Source of the DNA: Alphaproteobacteria bacterium
Lineage (GTDB): Bacteria; Pseudomonadota; Alphaproteobacteria; SP197
Assembly: GCA_964291265.2 (NCBI GenBank)
Contig: OZ219747.1
Coordinates: 928,001-992,000, forward strand
Length of the DNA stretch: 64,000 nt
Direction of reading: 5' to 3'
In this document: positions 49,321 through 60,154 of the stretch, piece after piece
Layout of the letters: each line of letters opens with the position of its first letter
Numbering within the stretch: the stretch's first letter is position 1
Translations under genes and position numbers: made by a program
Notes under the pieces: model-generated
Database searches by the model: none
What the model was told of the DNA's origin: nothing
Seen by the model: the letters and a program-made list of their open reading frames with translations, nothing else

Positions 49321-50892
49321 TCATGCGGCCTCGGCGCGGATGTCGAGGAGGTTGCGCGCCTCGCGCCCGCAGGCCACGCCGACGAGGTGGACCGGGCCGG
49401 CGTGGTCGCGGTAGGTCTCGGCATAGCCCCGCTCGCGCATCTGCGCCATCGCCGCATCCAGCGCCGCGCCGCCCTTCTCCTCGCCCTCGGCCATCTTGAA
49501 CTCCAGCACGAAGACCTGCCCGCCGAGGCGCACCACCATGTCCGCACGGCCGCGGTGCGAAGCCTCCTCCACGTCGAAATCCACCCCGACCGAACGCAGG
49601 CACATATAGAGGAGGCTCGCGTACCAGGCCTCGTAGCGCGCCAGGTCGCCCTTCGCATGCCACTGGTAGGGAATGCCCGCAAGCCAGGCGCGGAGCTTCT
49701 CGCCGAAGCCGGCGAAATCGTTCGCTTCCAGCAGCGCGCAGAACTCGCGGCCCCGCTCCAGCGGCTCGACCCCCTTCCTGCTCAGCCAGGCAAGCAGTTC
49801 GTCGTTGAGGCTGAGCCTGACCTCGAGGTTGGGATAGTCCAGCCGGTAGAGGGTCCTGTGACCCTGCTTCTCTTCCCCCGCGATGGTCAGGTAGCCGGTC
49901 TGGAAGAGCAGGGCCTCGATGGCGATGTCGCCGACATCGAACTTCGAGACCAGCGACGTGTCCGCCAGCCGCCCCTCCAGCTCCATCGGGCTCACCGACT
50001 TCTCCATCAGCATGCGGAACAGGAAGTCCGGAGACCCGGTCTCGAACCAGTAGGAGCGGAACTCGCGGCTGTCGAGCAGCAGGAGCACGTCATAGGGGTT
50101 GTAGACCCGTTCCCCGCCCCGCCAGTGGTAGCCGTTGTACCAGGTGCGAATCTCCTCGCGGTCCAGCCCGACCATCTCAGGGCCGAACACCCGGTCTAGG
50201 TCCTCCTCGCGGTAGCCGCAGATCGTGGCGAAGCGCGGATCGAGGCTGATGTCCTTCAGATTGTTGAGGCCCGAGAACAGGCTGACCTTGGAGAACATGC
50301 TGACACCGGTGACGAAGACGAAGCGGACATGCCTGGCGCTGTCCTTGACGATGCCGTAGAAGCCGCGCAGGTAGTCCCGGTTGGCCCTCGCAAGCCCGGG
50401 ATCGTGGAGCACGTCGAGGATCGGCTTGTCGTACTCGTCCACCAGCACCACCACCTGCCGGCCGGTGGCGCCGTGAAGGCGGTCGAGAAGGTTCCGCAGG
50501 CGCCTCGGACCGGTATCGGATGTCCGGGCTGGCGGGAGATCGTACCCGCGCTCCACGCCCTCCAGTTGCTCGATGATGTCCCCTTCGATCTCGCCCGGTT
50601 CGTTGTACTTCCCGCCGAAGCTCAGCCGCACCACCGGATGCGGCGCCGACCAGTCCCAGTGGGGGTGGATGTCCAGTCCCCGGAACAGGGGTTCGTCACA
50701 GGCGAACAGCGATCGCAGGGTGTCGAGCAGCAGGCTCTTGCCGAAACGGCGCGGACGCGACAGGAAGTAGTGGCGCCCCTCGTCCACCAGACGCCGGACG
50801 AGCGACGTCTTGTCGACGTAGTAGAAATCCTCGCCCTCGCTGCGGATCGTCGGAAAGTCCTGGATCCCGATCGGAAGACGGCGGCGGGTCAT
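49321..50892 (-). CDS. AAA-ATPase-like plus PD-(D/E)XK nuclease protein, copy 1
   Basis: LPIGIQDF, YYVDKT, RPRRFGKS (Walker A), LVDEYD (Walker B), GRAD...VLEFK, AQ...GY. Confidence 0.9.
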   Translation of the reverse strand: MTRRRLPIGIQDFPTIRSEGEDFYYVDKTSLVRRLVDEGRHYFLSRPRRFGKSLLLDTLRSLFACDEPLFRGLDIHPHWDWSAPHPVVRLSFGGKYNEPGEIEGDIIEQLEGVERGYDLPPARTSDTGPRRLRNLLDRLHGATGRQVVVLVDEYDKPILDVLHDPGLARANRDYLRGFYGIVKDSARHVRFVFVTGVSMFSKVSLFSGLNNLKDISLDPRFATICGYREEDLDRVFGPEMVGLDREEIRTWYNGYHWRGGERVYNPYDVLLLLDSREFRSYWFETGSPDFLFRMLMEKSVSPMELEGRLADTSLVSKFDVGDIAIEALLFQTGYLTIAGEEKQGHRTLYRLDYPNLEVRLSLNDELLAWLSRKGVEPLERGREFCALLEANDFAGFGEKLRAWLAGIPYQWHAKGDLARYEAWYASLLYMCLRSVGVDFDVEEASHRGRADMVVRLGGQVFVLEFKMAEGEEKGGAALDAAMAQMRERGYAETYRDHAGPVHLVGVACGREARNLLDIRAEAA

Positions 50893-51154
50893 CGGTCTCT
50901 CCCTCGCGGCGCTGGAACCTGCGGTTGATGCGGGGTGCTTAAGCCTCCCCTGTCATGGCTCCGAATGTCCCGTAACTCCACGCTATCCGCCTGCCTGCCC
51001 ATGAGCAAGAGACAGATACTTCGACGATCTTTCCATCACGCGGGCGGGGTCGGTGAACCGGTCGCTGGCGGTGCTGTCGTCGATGATGAGGCACGGCGAG
51101 ACGCTCGGGTTGCGGCGCGAGGACTCCAACCCGTGCAATCTGCATGGGTCCCGC

Positions 51155-52720
51155 TCATGCGGCCTCGGCGCGGATGTCGAGGAGGTTGCGCGCCTCGCGC
51201 CCGCAGGCCACGCCGATGAGGTGGACCGGGCCGGCGTGGTCGCGGTAGGTCTCGGCATAGCCCCGCTCGCGCATCTGCGCCAGCGCCGCATCCAGCGCCG
51301 CAGCGCCGTCCCCCTCGCCCTCGGCCATCTTGAACTCCAGCACGAAGACCTGACCGCCGAGGCGCACCATCATGTCCGCACGGCCGCGATGCGAGGCCTC
51401 CTCCACATCGAAGTCCACCCCGACCGAACGCAGGCACATGTAGAGAAGGCTCGCATACCAGGCCTCGTAGCGCGCCAGGTCGCCCTTCGCGTGCCACTGG
51501 TAGGGAATGCCCGCAAGCCAGGCGCGGAGCTTCTCGCCGAAGCCAGCGAAGTCGTTCGCCTCCAGCAGGGCGCAGAACTCGCGGCCCCGCTCCAGCGGCT
51601 CGACGCCCTTCCTGCTCAGCCAGGCAAGCAGTCCGCGGTTCAGGCTGATGCGGACCTCGAGGTTGGGATAGTCCAGCCGGTAGAGAGCGTCGAACTCGTC
51701 CTGCACTTCCTCGGCGATGGTCAGGTAGCCGGTCTGGAAGAGCAGCGCCTCAATGGCGATGTCGTCGACATCGAACTTGGAGACCAGGGACGTGCCCGCC
51801 AACCGCCCCTCCAGTTCCATCGGGCTCACCGACTTCTCCATCAGCATGCGGAACAGGAAGTCAGGAGACCCGGTCTCGAACCAGTAGGGGCGGAACTCGC
51901 GGCGCCGCAGAAACAGCAACACATCGTAGGGGTTGTAGACCCGCTCCCCGCTCCGCCAGTGGTAGCCGTTGTACCAGGTGCGGATCTTCCCGCGGTCCAG
52001 TCCGACAAGCTCAGGCCCGAACACACGGTCGAGGTCCTCCTCGCGGTAACCGCAGATCGTGGCGAAGCGCGGATCGAGACTGATGTCCTCGAGATTGTTG
52101 AGCCCCGAGAACAGGCTGACTTTGGAGAACATGCTGACGCCGGTGACGAAGGCGAAACGGACGTGCTTGGCGCTGCCCTTGACGATGCCGTAGAAGCCGC
52201 GCAGGTAGTCCCGGTTGGCCCTCGCGAGCTCGGGATCGTGGAGCACATCGAGGATCGGCTTGTCGTACTCGTCCACCAGCACCACCACCTGCCGGCCGGT
52301 GACGCAACGCAGGTGATAGAGGACATTCTGCAGACGCTCCGGACCCGTGTTGGCGACCGGTACTTTGTCGAGGCCGGCGCCATGTTCGATGATCGCCAGC
52401 TGGTTGAGGATGTTGCGCTCGATGTCTTCGGGTTCGTTGTACTTTCCGTCGAAGCTCAGCCGCACCACCGGATGCGGCGCCGACCAGTCCCAGTGGGGGT
52501 GGATGTCCAGGCCCCGGAACAGGGGTTCGTGGCAGGCAAACAGCGATCCCAGGGTGTCAAGCAGCAGGCTCTTGCCGAAACGGCGCGGACGCGACAGGAA
52601 GTAGTGGCGCCCCTCGTCCACCAGACGCCGGACGAGCGAGGTCTTGTCGACGTAGTAGAAGTCCTCGCTGCGGATCGTCGGAAAGTCCTGGATCCCGATC
52701 GGCAGACGGCGGCGGCTCAT
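51155..52720 (-). CDS. AAA-ATPase-like plus PD-(D/E)XK nuclease protein, copy 2
   Basis: Same motifs as copy 1; 521 aa. Confidence 0.9.
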   Translation of the reverse strand: MSRRRLPIGIQDFPTIRSEDFYYVDKTSLVRRLVDEGRHYFLSRPRRFGKSLLLDTLGSLFACHEPLFRGLDIHPHWDWSAPHPVVRLSFDGKYNEPEDIERNILNQLAIIEHGAGLDKVPVANTGPERLQNVLYHLRCVTGRQVVVLVDEYDKPILDVLHDPELARANRDYLRGFYGIVKGSAKHVRFAFVTGVSMFSKVSLFSGLNNLEDISLDPRFATICGYREEDLDRVFGPELVGLDRGKIRTWYNGYHWRSGERVYNPYDVLLFLRRREFRPYWFETGSPDFLFRMLMEKSVSPMELEGRLAGTSLVSKFDVDDIAIEALLFQTGYLTIAEEVQDEFDALYRLDYPNLEVRISLNRGLLAWLSRKGVEPLERGREFCALLEANDFAGFGEKLRAWLAGIPYQWHAKGDLARYEAWYASLLYMCLRSVGVDFDVEEASHRGRADMMVRLGGQVFVLEFKMAEGEGDGAAALDAALAQMRERGYAETYRDHAGPVHLIGVACGREARNLLDIRAEAA

Positions 52721-53091
52721 CGGTCTCTCCCTTCGCGGCGCCGGAACCTGCGGCTGAGGCGGGGGCGCGGGACCTCCCGTGTCGTGGCTCAGAATGTCCC
52801 GGAACGGCAACGCCTGAACACAACGGCCACGCTATCCGCCCGCCTGTTCATGAGCAAGGGAGAGGTACGACCAGGGCCAACATGAAGGGCAACCCGCAGC
52901 CGTTGAAGGCACCGTTCAGCTTGGCAACCCGGAGGCTCATGCTGCGAAGCGGCGCCGAGCATCGAAAGGCGCCTTGCAGCGTGAGCCGTTCGGCCCTGTC
53001 CTTCGAGAATGCCGTATCGGCCGGGAGAGGTTCGGCGGAAGGATCCGGAATGGGTCGCTTCGTGGTGTGGGCAGGCGTTCGCGGGTCCCGT

Positions 53092-54657
53092 TCATGCGGT
53101 CTCGGCGCGGATGTCGAGGAGGTTGCGCGCCTCGCGCCCGCAGGCCACGCCGACGAGGTGGACCGGGCCGGCGTGGTCGCGGTAGGTCTCGGCATAGCCC
53201 CGCTCGCGCATCTGCGCCAGCGCCGCATCCAGCGCCGCAGCGCCGTCCCCCTCGCCCTCGGCCATCTTGAACTCCAGCACGAAGACCTGACCGCCGAGGC
53301 GCACCACCATGTCCGCACGGCCGCGGTGCGAGGCCTCCTCCACGTCGAAGTCCACCCCGACCGAACGCAGACACATATAGAGAAGACCCGCATACCAGGC
53401 CTCGTAGCGCGCCAGGTCGCCCTTCGCATGCCACTGGTAGGGAATGCCCGCAAGCCAGGCGCGGAGCTTCTCGCCGAAGCCGGCGAAGTCGTTCGTCTCC
53501 AGCAGGGCGCAGAACTCGCGGCCCCGCTCCAGCGGCTCGACGCCCTTGCTGCCCAGCCAGGCAAGCAGTTCGTCGTTGAGGCTGAGCCGGACCTCGAGGT
53601 TGGGATAGTCCAGCCGGTAGAGGGTCCTGTGGCCCTGCTTCTCCTCCCCCGCAATGGTCAGGTAGCCGGTCTGGAAGAGCAGGGCCTCGATGGCGATGTC
53701 GTCGACATCGAACTTCGAGACCAGGGACGTGCCCGCCAGCCGCCCCTCCAGTTCCATCGGACTCACCGACTTCTCCATCAGCATGCGGAACAGGAAGTTC
53801 GGCGACCCGGTCTCGAACCAGTAGGGACGAAACTCACGGCTGTCGAGCAGCAGGAGCACGTCATAGGGATTGTAGACCCGCTCCCCGCCCCGCCAGTGGT
53901 AGCCGTTGTACCAGGTGCGGATCTCCTCGCGGTCCAGTCCGGCAAGCTCAGGCCCGAACACACGGTCGAGATCCTCCTCGCGGTAGCCGCAGATCGTGGC
54001 GAAGCGCGAATCAAGACTGATGTCCTTCAGGTTGTTGAGACCCGAGAACAGGCTGACTTTCGAGAACATGCTGACGCCGGTGACGAAGACGAAGCGGACA
54101 TGTTCGGCGCTGTCCTTGACGATGCCGTAGAAGCCGCGCAGGTAGTCCCGGTTGGCCCTCGCGAGTTCGGGATCGTGGAGCACGTCAAGGATCGGCTTGT
54201 CGTACTCGTCCACCAGCACCACCACCTGCCGGCCGGTGGCGCAACGCAGGTGATAGAGGACATTCTGCAAACGCTCCGGACCCGTGTTGGCGACCGGCAC
54301 CTCGTCGAGGCCGGCGCCATGTTCGATGATCGCCAGCTGGTTGAGAATGTTGCGCTCGATGTCCCCGGGTTCGTTGTACTTGCCGCCGAAGCTCAGCCGC
54401 ACCACCGGATGCGGCGCCGACCAGTCCCAGTGGGGATGGATGTCCAGGCCCCGGAACAGGGGTTCGTGGCAGGCAAAGAGCGACCGCAGGGTGTCGAGCA
54501 ACAGGCTCTTGCCGAAGCGGCGCGGGCGGGACAGGAAGTAGTGGCGCCCCTCGTCCACCAGACGCCGGACGAGCGAGGTCTTGTCGACGTAGTAGAAGTC
54601 CTCGCTGCGGATCGTCGGAAAGTCCTGGATCCCGATCGGAAGACGGCGACGGCTCAT
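53092..54657 (-). CDS. AAA-ATPase-like plus PD-(D/E)XK nuclease protein, copy 3
   Basis: Same motifs as copy 1; 521 aa. Confidence 0.9.
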   Translation of the reverse strand: MSRRRLPIGIQDFPTIRSEDFYYVDKTSLVRRLVDEGRHYFLSRPRRFGKSLLLDTLRSLFACHEPLFRGLDIHPHWDWSAPHPVVRLSFGGKYNEPGDIERNILNQLAIIEHGAGLDEVPVANTGPERLQNVLYHLRCATGRQVVVLVDEYDKPILDVLHDPELARANRDYLRGFYGIVKDSAEHVRFVFVTGVSMFSKVSLFSGLNNLKDISLDSRFATICGYREEDLDRVFGPELAGLDREEIRTWYNGYHWRGGERVYNPYDVLLLLDSREFRPYWFETGSPNFLFRMLMEKSVSPMELEGRLAGTSLVSKFDVDDIAIEALLFQTGYLTIAGEEKQGHRTLYRLDYPNLEVRLSLNDELLAWLGSKGVEPLERGREFCALLETNDFAGFGEKLRAWLAGIPYQWHAKGDLARYEAWYAGLLYMCLRSVGVDFDVEEASHRGRADMVVRLGGQVFVLEFKMAEGEGDGAAALDAALAQMRERGYAETYRDHAGPVHLVGVACGREARNLLDIRAETA

Positions 54658-55027
54658 CGGTCTCTCCCTTCGCGGCGCCGGAACCTGCGGCTGAGGCGGG
54701 GGCGCGGAACCTCCCCTGTCATGGCTCCGAATGTCCCGGAACGGTCACGCCTGAACACAACGGCCACGCTATCTGCCCGCCTGTCCATGAGCAAGGGAGA
54801 GGTACGACCAGGGCGAACATGAAGGGCAACCCGCAGCGGTTGAAGCACTGTTCAGCTTGGCAACCCGGAGGCTCATGCTGCGAAGCGGCGCCGAGCATCG
54901 AAAGGCGCCTTGCAGCGTGAGCCGTTCGGCCCTGTCCTTCGAGAATGCCGTATCGGCCGGGAGAGGTTCGGTGCAAGGATCCGGTATGGGGCGCGTCGTG
55001 GTGCGGATAGGCGTTCACGGGTCCCGC

Positions 55028-56593
55028 TCATGCGATCTCGGCGCGGATGTCGAGGAGGTTGCGCGCCTCGCGTCCGCAGGCCACGCCGACGAGGTGGACC
55101 GGGCCGGCGTGATCGCGGTAGGTCTCGGCATAGCCACGCTCGCGCATCTGCGCCAGCGCCGCATCCAGCGCCGCAGCGTCGTCCCCCTCGCCCTCGGCCA
55201 TCTTGAACTCCAGCACGAAGACCTGACCGCCGAGGCGCACCACCATGTCCGCACGGCCGCGGTGCGAGGCCTCCTCCACGTCGAAGTCCACCCCGACCGA
55301 ACGCAGGCACATGTAGAGAAGGCTCGCATACCAGGCCTCGTAGCGCGCCAGGTCGCCCTTCGCATGCCACTGGTAGGGAATGCCCGCAAGCCAGGCGCGG
55401 AGCTTCTCGCCGAAGCCGGCGAAGTCGTTCGTCTCCAGCAGGGCGCAGAACTCGCGGCCCCGCTCCAGCGGCTCGACCCCCTTCCTGCTCAGCCAGGCAA
55501 GCAGTTCGTCGTTGAGGCTGAGCCGGACCTCGAGGTTGGGATAGTCCAGCCGGTAGAGGGTCCTGTGGCCCTGCTTCTCCTCCCCCGCAATGGTCAGGTA
55601 GCCGGTCTGGAAGAGCAGGGCCTCGATGGCGATGTCGTCGACATCGAACTTCGAGACCAGGGACGTGCCCGCCAGCCGTCCCTCCAGTTCCATCGGACTC
55701 ACCGACTTCTCCATCAGCATGCGGAACAGGAAGTTCGGCGACCCGGTCTCGAACCAGTAGGGGCGAAACTCGCGGTGCCGCAGGAACAGCAGCACGTCAT
55801 AGGGATTGTAGACCCGCTCCCCGCCCCGCCAGTGGTAGCCGTTGTACCAGGTGCGGATCTCCTCGCGGTCCAGTCCGACAAGCTCAGGCCCGAACACACG
55901 GTCAAGATCCTCCTCGCGGTAGCCGCAGATCGTGGCGAAGCGCCGATCGAGGCTGATGTCCTTCAGGTTGTTGAGCCCCGAGAACAGGCTGACTTTCGAG
56001 AACATGCTGACACCGGTGACGAAGACGAAGCGGACATGTTCGGCGCTGTCCTTGACGATGCCGTAGAAGCCGCGCAGGTAGTCCCGGTTGGCCGTCGCAA
56101 GACCGGGATCGTGGAGCACGTCGAGGATCGGCTTGTCGTACTCGTCCACCAGCACCACCACCTGCCGGCCGGTGGCGCAACGCAGGTGATAGAGGACATT
56201 CTGCAAACGCTCCGGACCCGTGTTGGCGACCGGCACCTCGTCGAGGCCGGCGCCATGTTCGATGATCGCCAGCTGGTTGAGAATGTTGCGCTCGATGTCC
56301 CCGGGTTCGTTGTATTTGCCGCCGAAGCTCAGCCGCACCACCGGATGCGGCGCCGACCAGTCCCAGTGGGGGTGGATGGCGAGTCCCCGGAACAGGGGTT
56401 CGTGGCAGGCAAACAGCGACCGCAGGGTGTCGAGCAGCAGGCTCTTGCCGAAACGGCGCGGACGCGACAGGAAGTAGTGGTCACCCTGCTCGACCAAGTC
56501 CCGGATGAGAGGGGTCTTGTCGACATAGTAGCTGCCGGTCTCCCGGAGGCGCCGGAAGTCCTGGATCCCGATCGGAAGACGGTGGCGGCTCAT
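55028..56593 (-). CDS. AAA-ATPase-like plus PD-(D/E)XK nuclease protein, copy 4
   Basis: Same motifs as copy 1; 521 aa; distinct N-terminal block. Confidence 0.9.
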   Translation of the reverse strand: MSRHRLPIGIQDFRRLRETGSYYVDKTPLIRDLVEQGDHYFLSRPRRFGKSLLLDTLRSLFACHEPLFRGLAIHPHWDWSAPHPVVRLSFGGKYNEPGDIERNILNQLAIIEHGAGLDEVPVANTGPERLQNVLYHLRCATGRQVVVLVDEYDKPILDVLHDPGLATANRDYLRGFYGIVKDSAEHVRFVFVTGVSMFSKVSLFSGLNNLKDISLDRRFATICGYREEDLDRVFGPELVGLDREEIRTWYNGYHWRGGERVYNPYDVLLFLRHREFRPYWFETGSPNFLFRMLMEKSVSPMELEGRLAGTSLVSKFDVDDIAIEALLFQTGYLTIAGEEKQGHRTLYRLDYPNLEVRLSLNDELLAWLSRKGVEPLERGREFCALLETNDFAGFGEKLRAWLAGIPYQWHAKGDLARYEAWYASLLYMCLRSVGVDFDVEEASHRGRADMVVRLGGQVFVLEFKMAEGEGDDAAALDAALAQMRERGYAETYRDHAGPVHLVGVACGREARNLLDIRAEIA

Positions 56594-57648
56594 CGGTCTC
56601 TCCCCTCGCGGCGCCGGGACCTGTGGCCAGGCGGGATGCGCGGAACCTCCCCTGTCGTGGCTCCGAACGTCACGGAACGGCCGCGCCTGAACACAACGCC
56701 CACGCTATCCGCCTGCCTGTCCATGGGCAAGGGACAGATACGACCAGGACGAAGATGAAGGGCAACCCGTAGTCGCCAGAACCGTTCAGCTTCGATCGAG
56801 ATCTGGAAACCCATGTCGGGGAACAGCGCCGCGGGTCGAAAGGCGCCTTGCAGCGTGAGCCGTTCGGCCCCGCAGGGCCTTATCCGTTGTCGTCCCGGCG
56901 ATCGACGCATGCTGATTTGGCTGAACATTCAGTTCTCGCTGCGGCAGTGTGCCGGCCATGACGACGCTTGCGACCCCGGATTCCTCCATCGACCTTGGCG
57001 AGGTGACGGTGCGCCTGAACCGCGGCGCACGTGAGCACCGGCTCCGGGTCCGTGGCTGAACGTGTGTGATCGAGGCTGGAAGCCGATCAGGGCGACGTCA
57101 GTGAAGGGAGGGAAACCGGTAGCAGGAATCAGCATGCCCGCGCCCTCCGGTTCTTCGTGTTGCGCCATGGCGACGAGGCCAGGCAGAGAGCGTCCCGTCA
57201 ACACGACGATCGGCAACCAGCCAGAGGCAGTGACGATCAAGGTGATCATGACGTCACTCCGTGCTTCATTGCCATGCGGTCACGGCGATGTCCGCTTCTC
57301 CGCACAGGGGGCATGTCGGTATCGACGGCAGGCCTGCGGGTGACACCCGACAAGTGACCGACCGGAGCCATGACGCGGGTATGCGGATGGTCGGACTCAA
57401 TGACCGACCCTGCTCCAGAACAACGGGTCGGGAAAGTGCATCACGTGGCAGGGACAGGCAACGGAGAATCAGGGGGTGCCGCGTCCGGCAACGGGACAAT
57501 CGCTCCATTGAACGGGCTCGTGCCGGCAGGGGAGATTCGGGTCCAGCGGACTTGTGAAGCGGAATGCGGGTCGTGTATGGTCCGGCTCGCCCGAACCGGT
57601 GGACCGGACCGGTCCGCCTGCGGGGTGAATGTCCGGAGGAGAGTCACA

Positions 57649-58482
57649 TTGACACCGTTCCTCATGGTGGTCGTCCTGATGGCCGCCGTTCATGCAGCAC
57701 CGGCCCTGGCCCAGGAAACAGTGGGCATGCCGGAGGACTGGCAGTGGGGTTTCCAGCCGGCGGCGTCGCCGAGCATGGACGATGTCCACTGGTTCTACGA
57801 TGTCTTCCTGTTTCCGGTGATGATGGTCATCTCGGTCTTCGTGCTGCTGCTCATGGCCTACATCCTCTTCCGCTACCGGCGTGCCGCCAGTCCGCAACCT
57901 TCCGGCACCACCCACAACAGTCTTCTCGAGGTGGTCTGGACGGGGATTCCGGCGCTCATCCTGATCGTCATCGCCATTCCCTCCCTGCGCCTTCTCCATG
58001 ACCAGGAAACCCTGCCGGTGGCGGAACCGGATCTCACCATCAAGATCACGGGTCACCAGTGGTACTGGTCCTACGAGTACCCGGATTTCGATGGGCTGGA
58101 GTTCGATGCCTACATTCTGGGTGATGACGAACTCGCGGAGGGCCAGCCGCGGCTGCTTGCCACCGACTCGACGGTGATGGTGCCGGTCGACAGGTACATC
58201 AGGCTTCAGATCACGTCCGACGATGTCATCCATGCCTGGGCCCTGCCGGCGGCCGGGGTCAAGATGGATGCCGTTCCGGGTCGCCTCAACGAGATCTGGA
58301 TGAAGATCGACCAGCCGGGCATGTACTACGGACAGTGTTCGGAACTGTGCGGTCTCAACCACGGCTACATGCCGATCATGGTCGAGGCCGTGTCCGAAGC
58401 CGAGTTCGGGACATGGGCGAACGAGCAGCTGGCACGTCGCGGGACGGCTGATGAGGCGGTCGTGACTGTCGCGCAGAACTGA
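57649..58482 (+). CDS. coxB: Cytochrome c oxidase subunit II
   Basis: [16 protein letters not shown], CuA motif [15 protein letters not shown] start after GGAGGAG. Confidence 0.95.
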   Translation: MTPFLMVVVLMAAVHAAPALAQETVGMPEDWQWGFQPAASPSMDDVHWFYDVFLFPVMMVISVFVLLLMAYILFRYRRAASPQPSGTTHNSLLEVVWTGIPALILIVIAIPSLRLLHDQETLPVAEPDLTIKITGHQWYWSYEYPDFDGLEFDAYILGDDELAEGQPRLLATDSTVMVPVDRYIRLQITSDDVIHAWALPAAGVKMDAVPGRLNEIWMKIDQPGMYYGQCSELCGLNHGYMPIMVEAVSEAEFGTWANEQLARRGTADEAVVTVAQN

Positions 58483-58522
58483 ACATTCCGACGAGGCGAA
58501 GCCCTGCAAGGACACCGAAGAG

Positions 58523-60139
58523 ATGAGTCAAGCCCACGCGATCGAAGACGACCACGCGCACCAGCCCACGGGGTTCCTGCGCTACCTCTACTCCACGAAC
58601 CACAAGGACATCGGGACGATGTACATCGTCTACGGGTTCGTGTTCGGCCTGATCGGCTTCCTGATGTCGATGCTCATCCGCATCGAACTGGCCCATCCCG
58701 GCGACGGCATCCTGGGTGGCGACTATCACCTCTACAACGTGCTCATCACGAGCCACGGACTGATCATGATCTTCTTCATGATCATGCCGGTGTTCATCGG
58801 TGGATTCGGCAACTGGATGGTGCCGATGATGATCGGCGCTCCCGACATGGCCTTCCCGCGGATGAACAACATCAGTTTCTGGCTGCTCATCCCGTCAGGG
58901 ATCCTGCTCGTGGGGTCGGTGTTCATCGGTGGAGGCACAGGTGTCGGCTGGACGATCTATGCGCCGCTGTCGACCTACGGCAACCAGGGGAACCTGGCGA
59001 TCGACTGCCTGATCCTGTCGATCCACCTTGCCGGTGCATCGTCGATTCTGGGAGCGGTCAACTTCATCACCACCATCTTCAACATGCGTGCGCCGGGCAT
59101 GACGCTTCACCGCATGCCGCTCTTCGTGTGGGCGGTTCTCGTGACTGCCTTCCTGCTGGTGCTGTCGCTGCCGGTGCTGGCCGGCGCCATCACCATGCTG
59201 CTGACGGACCGCAATTTCGGCACCGGCTTCTTCGACCCGGCCCTGGGCGGTGACCCCGTTCTCTATCAGCACCTCTTCTGGTTCTTCGGCCATCCGGAGG
59301 TCTACATCCTCATCCTTCCGGGGTTCGGCATCGTCAGCCACATCATCTCGACCTTCTCGCGCAAGCCGATCTTCGGCTATCTCGGCATGGCCTACGCCAT
59401 GGTCGCCATCGGCTTCGTCGGATTCGTCGTCTGGGCCCATCACATGTACACGGTGGGCATGGGGGTGGACACCAAGGCCTATTTCATCATTGCGACAATG
59501 ATCATCGCCGTGCCCACGGGCATCAAGATCTTCAGCTGGCTTGCCACCATGTGGGGCGGTTCCATCGAGTTCAGGACACCGATGCTGTGGGCCCTGGGCT
59601 TCATCTTCCTGTTCACGGTGGGTGGCGTGACAGGCGTCCTGCTGGCCAATGCCGGTATCGACACGGCCATGCACGATACCTATTACGTGGTGGCGCACTT
59701 CCACTACGTGCTGTCGCTCGGCGCCGTCTTCGCCCTCTTTGGCGGCTTCTATTACTGGATCGGCAAGATGAGCGGATACCAGTACCCCGAATGGGCCGGC
59801 CAGTTGCATTTCTGGACCACCCTGATCGGCGTCAACGTCACCTTCTTCCCGCAGCATTTTCTCGGAATGGCGGGCATGCCGCGGAGAATTCCCGACTATC
59901 CGGACGCCTATGCCGGGTGGAATCTGGTGTCTTCCATCGGTTCCTACATCACGGCTGCCGGCATGCTGGTGTTCCTCTACGTGCTCTACAGCGTCTTCGT
60001 GGCCAGCCGTGTGCGCTGTCCCGCCAATCCCTGGGGCGAAGGGGCCACGACACTGGAATGGACGGTGTCCTCGCCTCCACCCTTCCATACGTTCGAGGAC
60101 CCTCCCTACATGGGCGCCCAGGCCAGGGCGGGCCACTGA
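58523..60139 (+). CDS. ctaD: Cytochrome c oxidase subunit I
   Basis: [28 protein letters not shown]. Confidence 0.97.
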   Translation: MSQAHAIEDDHAHQPTGFLRYLYSTNHKDIGTMYIVYGFVFGLIGFLMSMLIRIELAHPGDGILGGDYHLYNVLITSHGLIMIFFMIMPVFIGGFGNWMVPMMIGAPDMAFPRMNNISFWLLIPSGILLVGSVFIGGGTGVGWTIYAPLSTYGNQGNLAIDCLILSIHLAGASSILGAVNFITTIFNMRAPGMTLHRMPLFVWAVLVTAFLLVLSLPVLAGAITMLLTDRNFGTGFFDPALGGDPVLYQHLFWFFGHPEVYILILPGFGIVSHIISTFSRKPIFGYLGMAYAMVAIGFVGFVVWAHHMYTVGMGVDTKAYFIIATMIIAVPTGIKIFSWLATMWGGSIEFRTPMLWALGFIFLFTVGGVTGVLLANAGIDTAMHDTYYVVAHFHYVLSLGAVFALFGGFYYWIGKMSGYQYPEWAGQLHFWTTLIGVNVTFFPQHFLGMAGMPRRIPDYPDAYAGWNLVSSIGSYITAAGMLVFLYVLYSVFVASRVRCPANPWGEGATTLEWTVSSPPPFHTFEDPPYMGAQARAGH

Positions 60140-60154
60140 CGAGGGGGACTGACC

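Larger units (their letters stand above)
49186..56870. repeat. Tandem array of four ~1.8-1.9 kb units
   Basis: Stop-to-stop spacings of 1834, 1937 and 1936 bp; upstream non-coding DNA is also repeated. Confidence 0.9.

Noticed and set aside
48841-56758. Long plus-strand ORFs (452, 610, 646, 633 aa) over the array
   Set aside because: Antisense shadows of GC-rich genes; only the short integrase scrap is recognisable.
49186-56870. Array as a DGR target set or CRISPR-like locus
   Set aside because: Differences are block replacements rather than adenine-specific changes; there is no template repeat, short repeat-spacer pattern or cas gene.
56929-57400. Short ORFs upstream of coxB
   Set aside because: No recognisable motifs; coding status cannot be supported.
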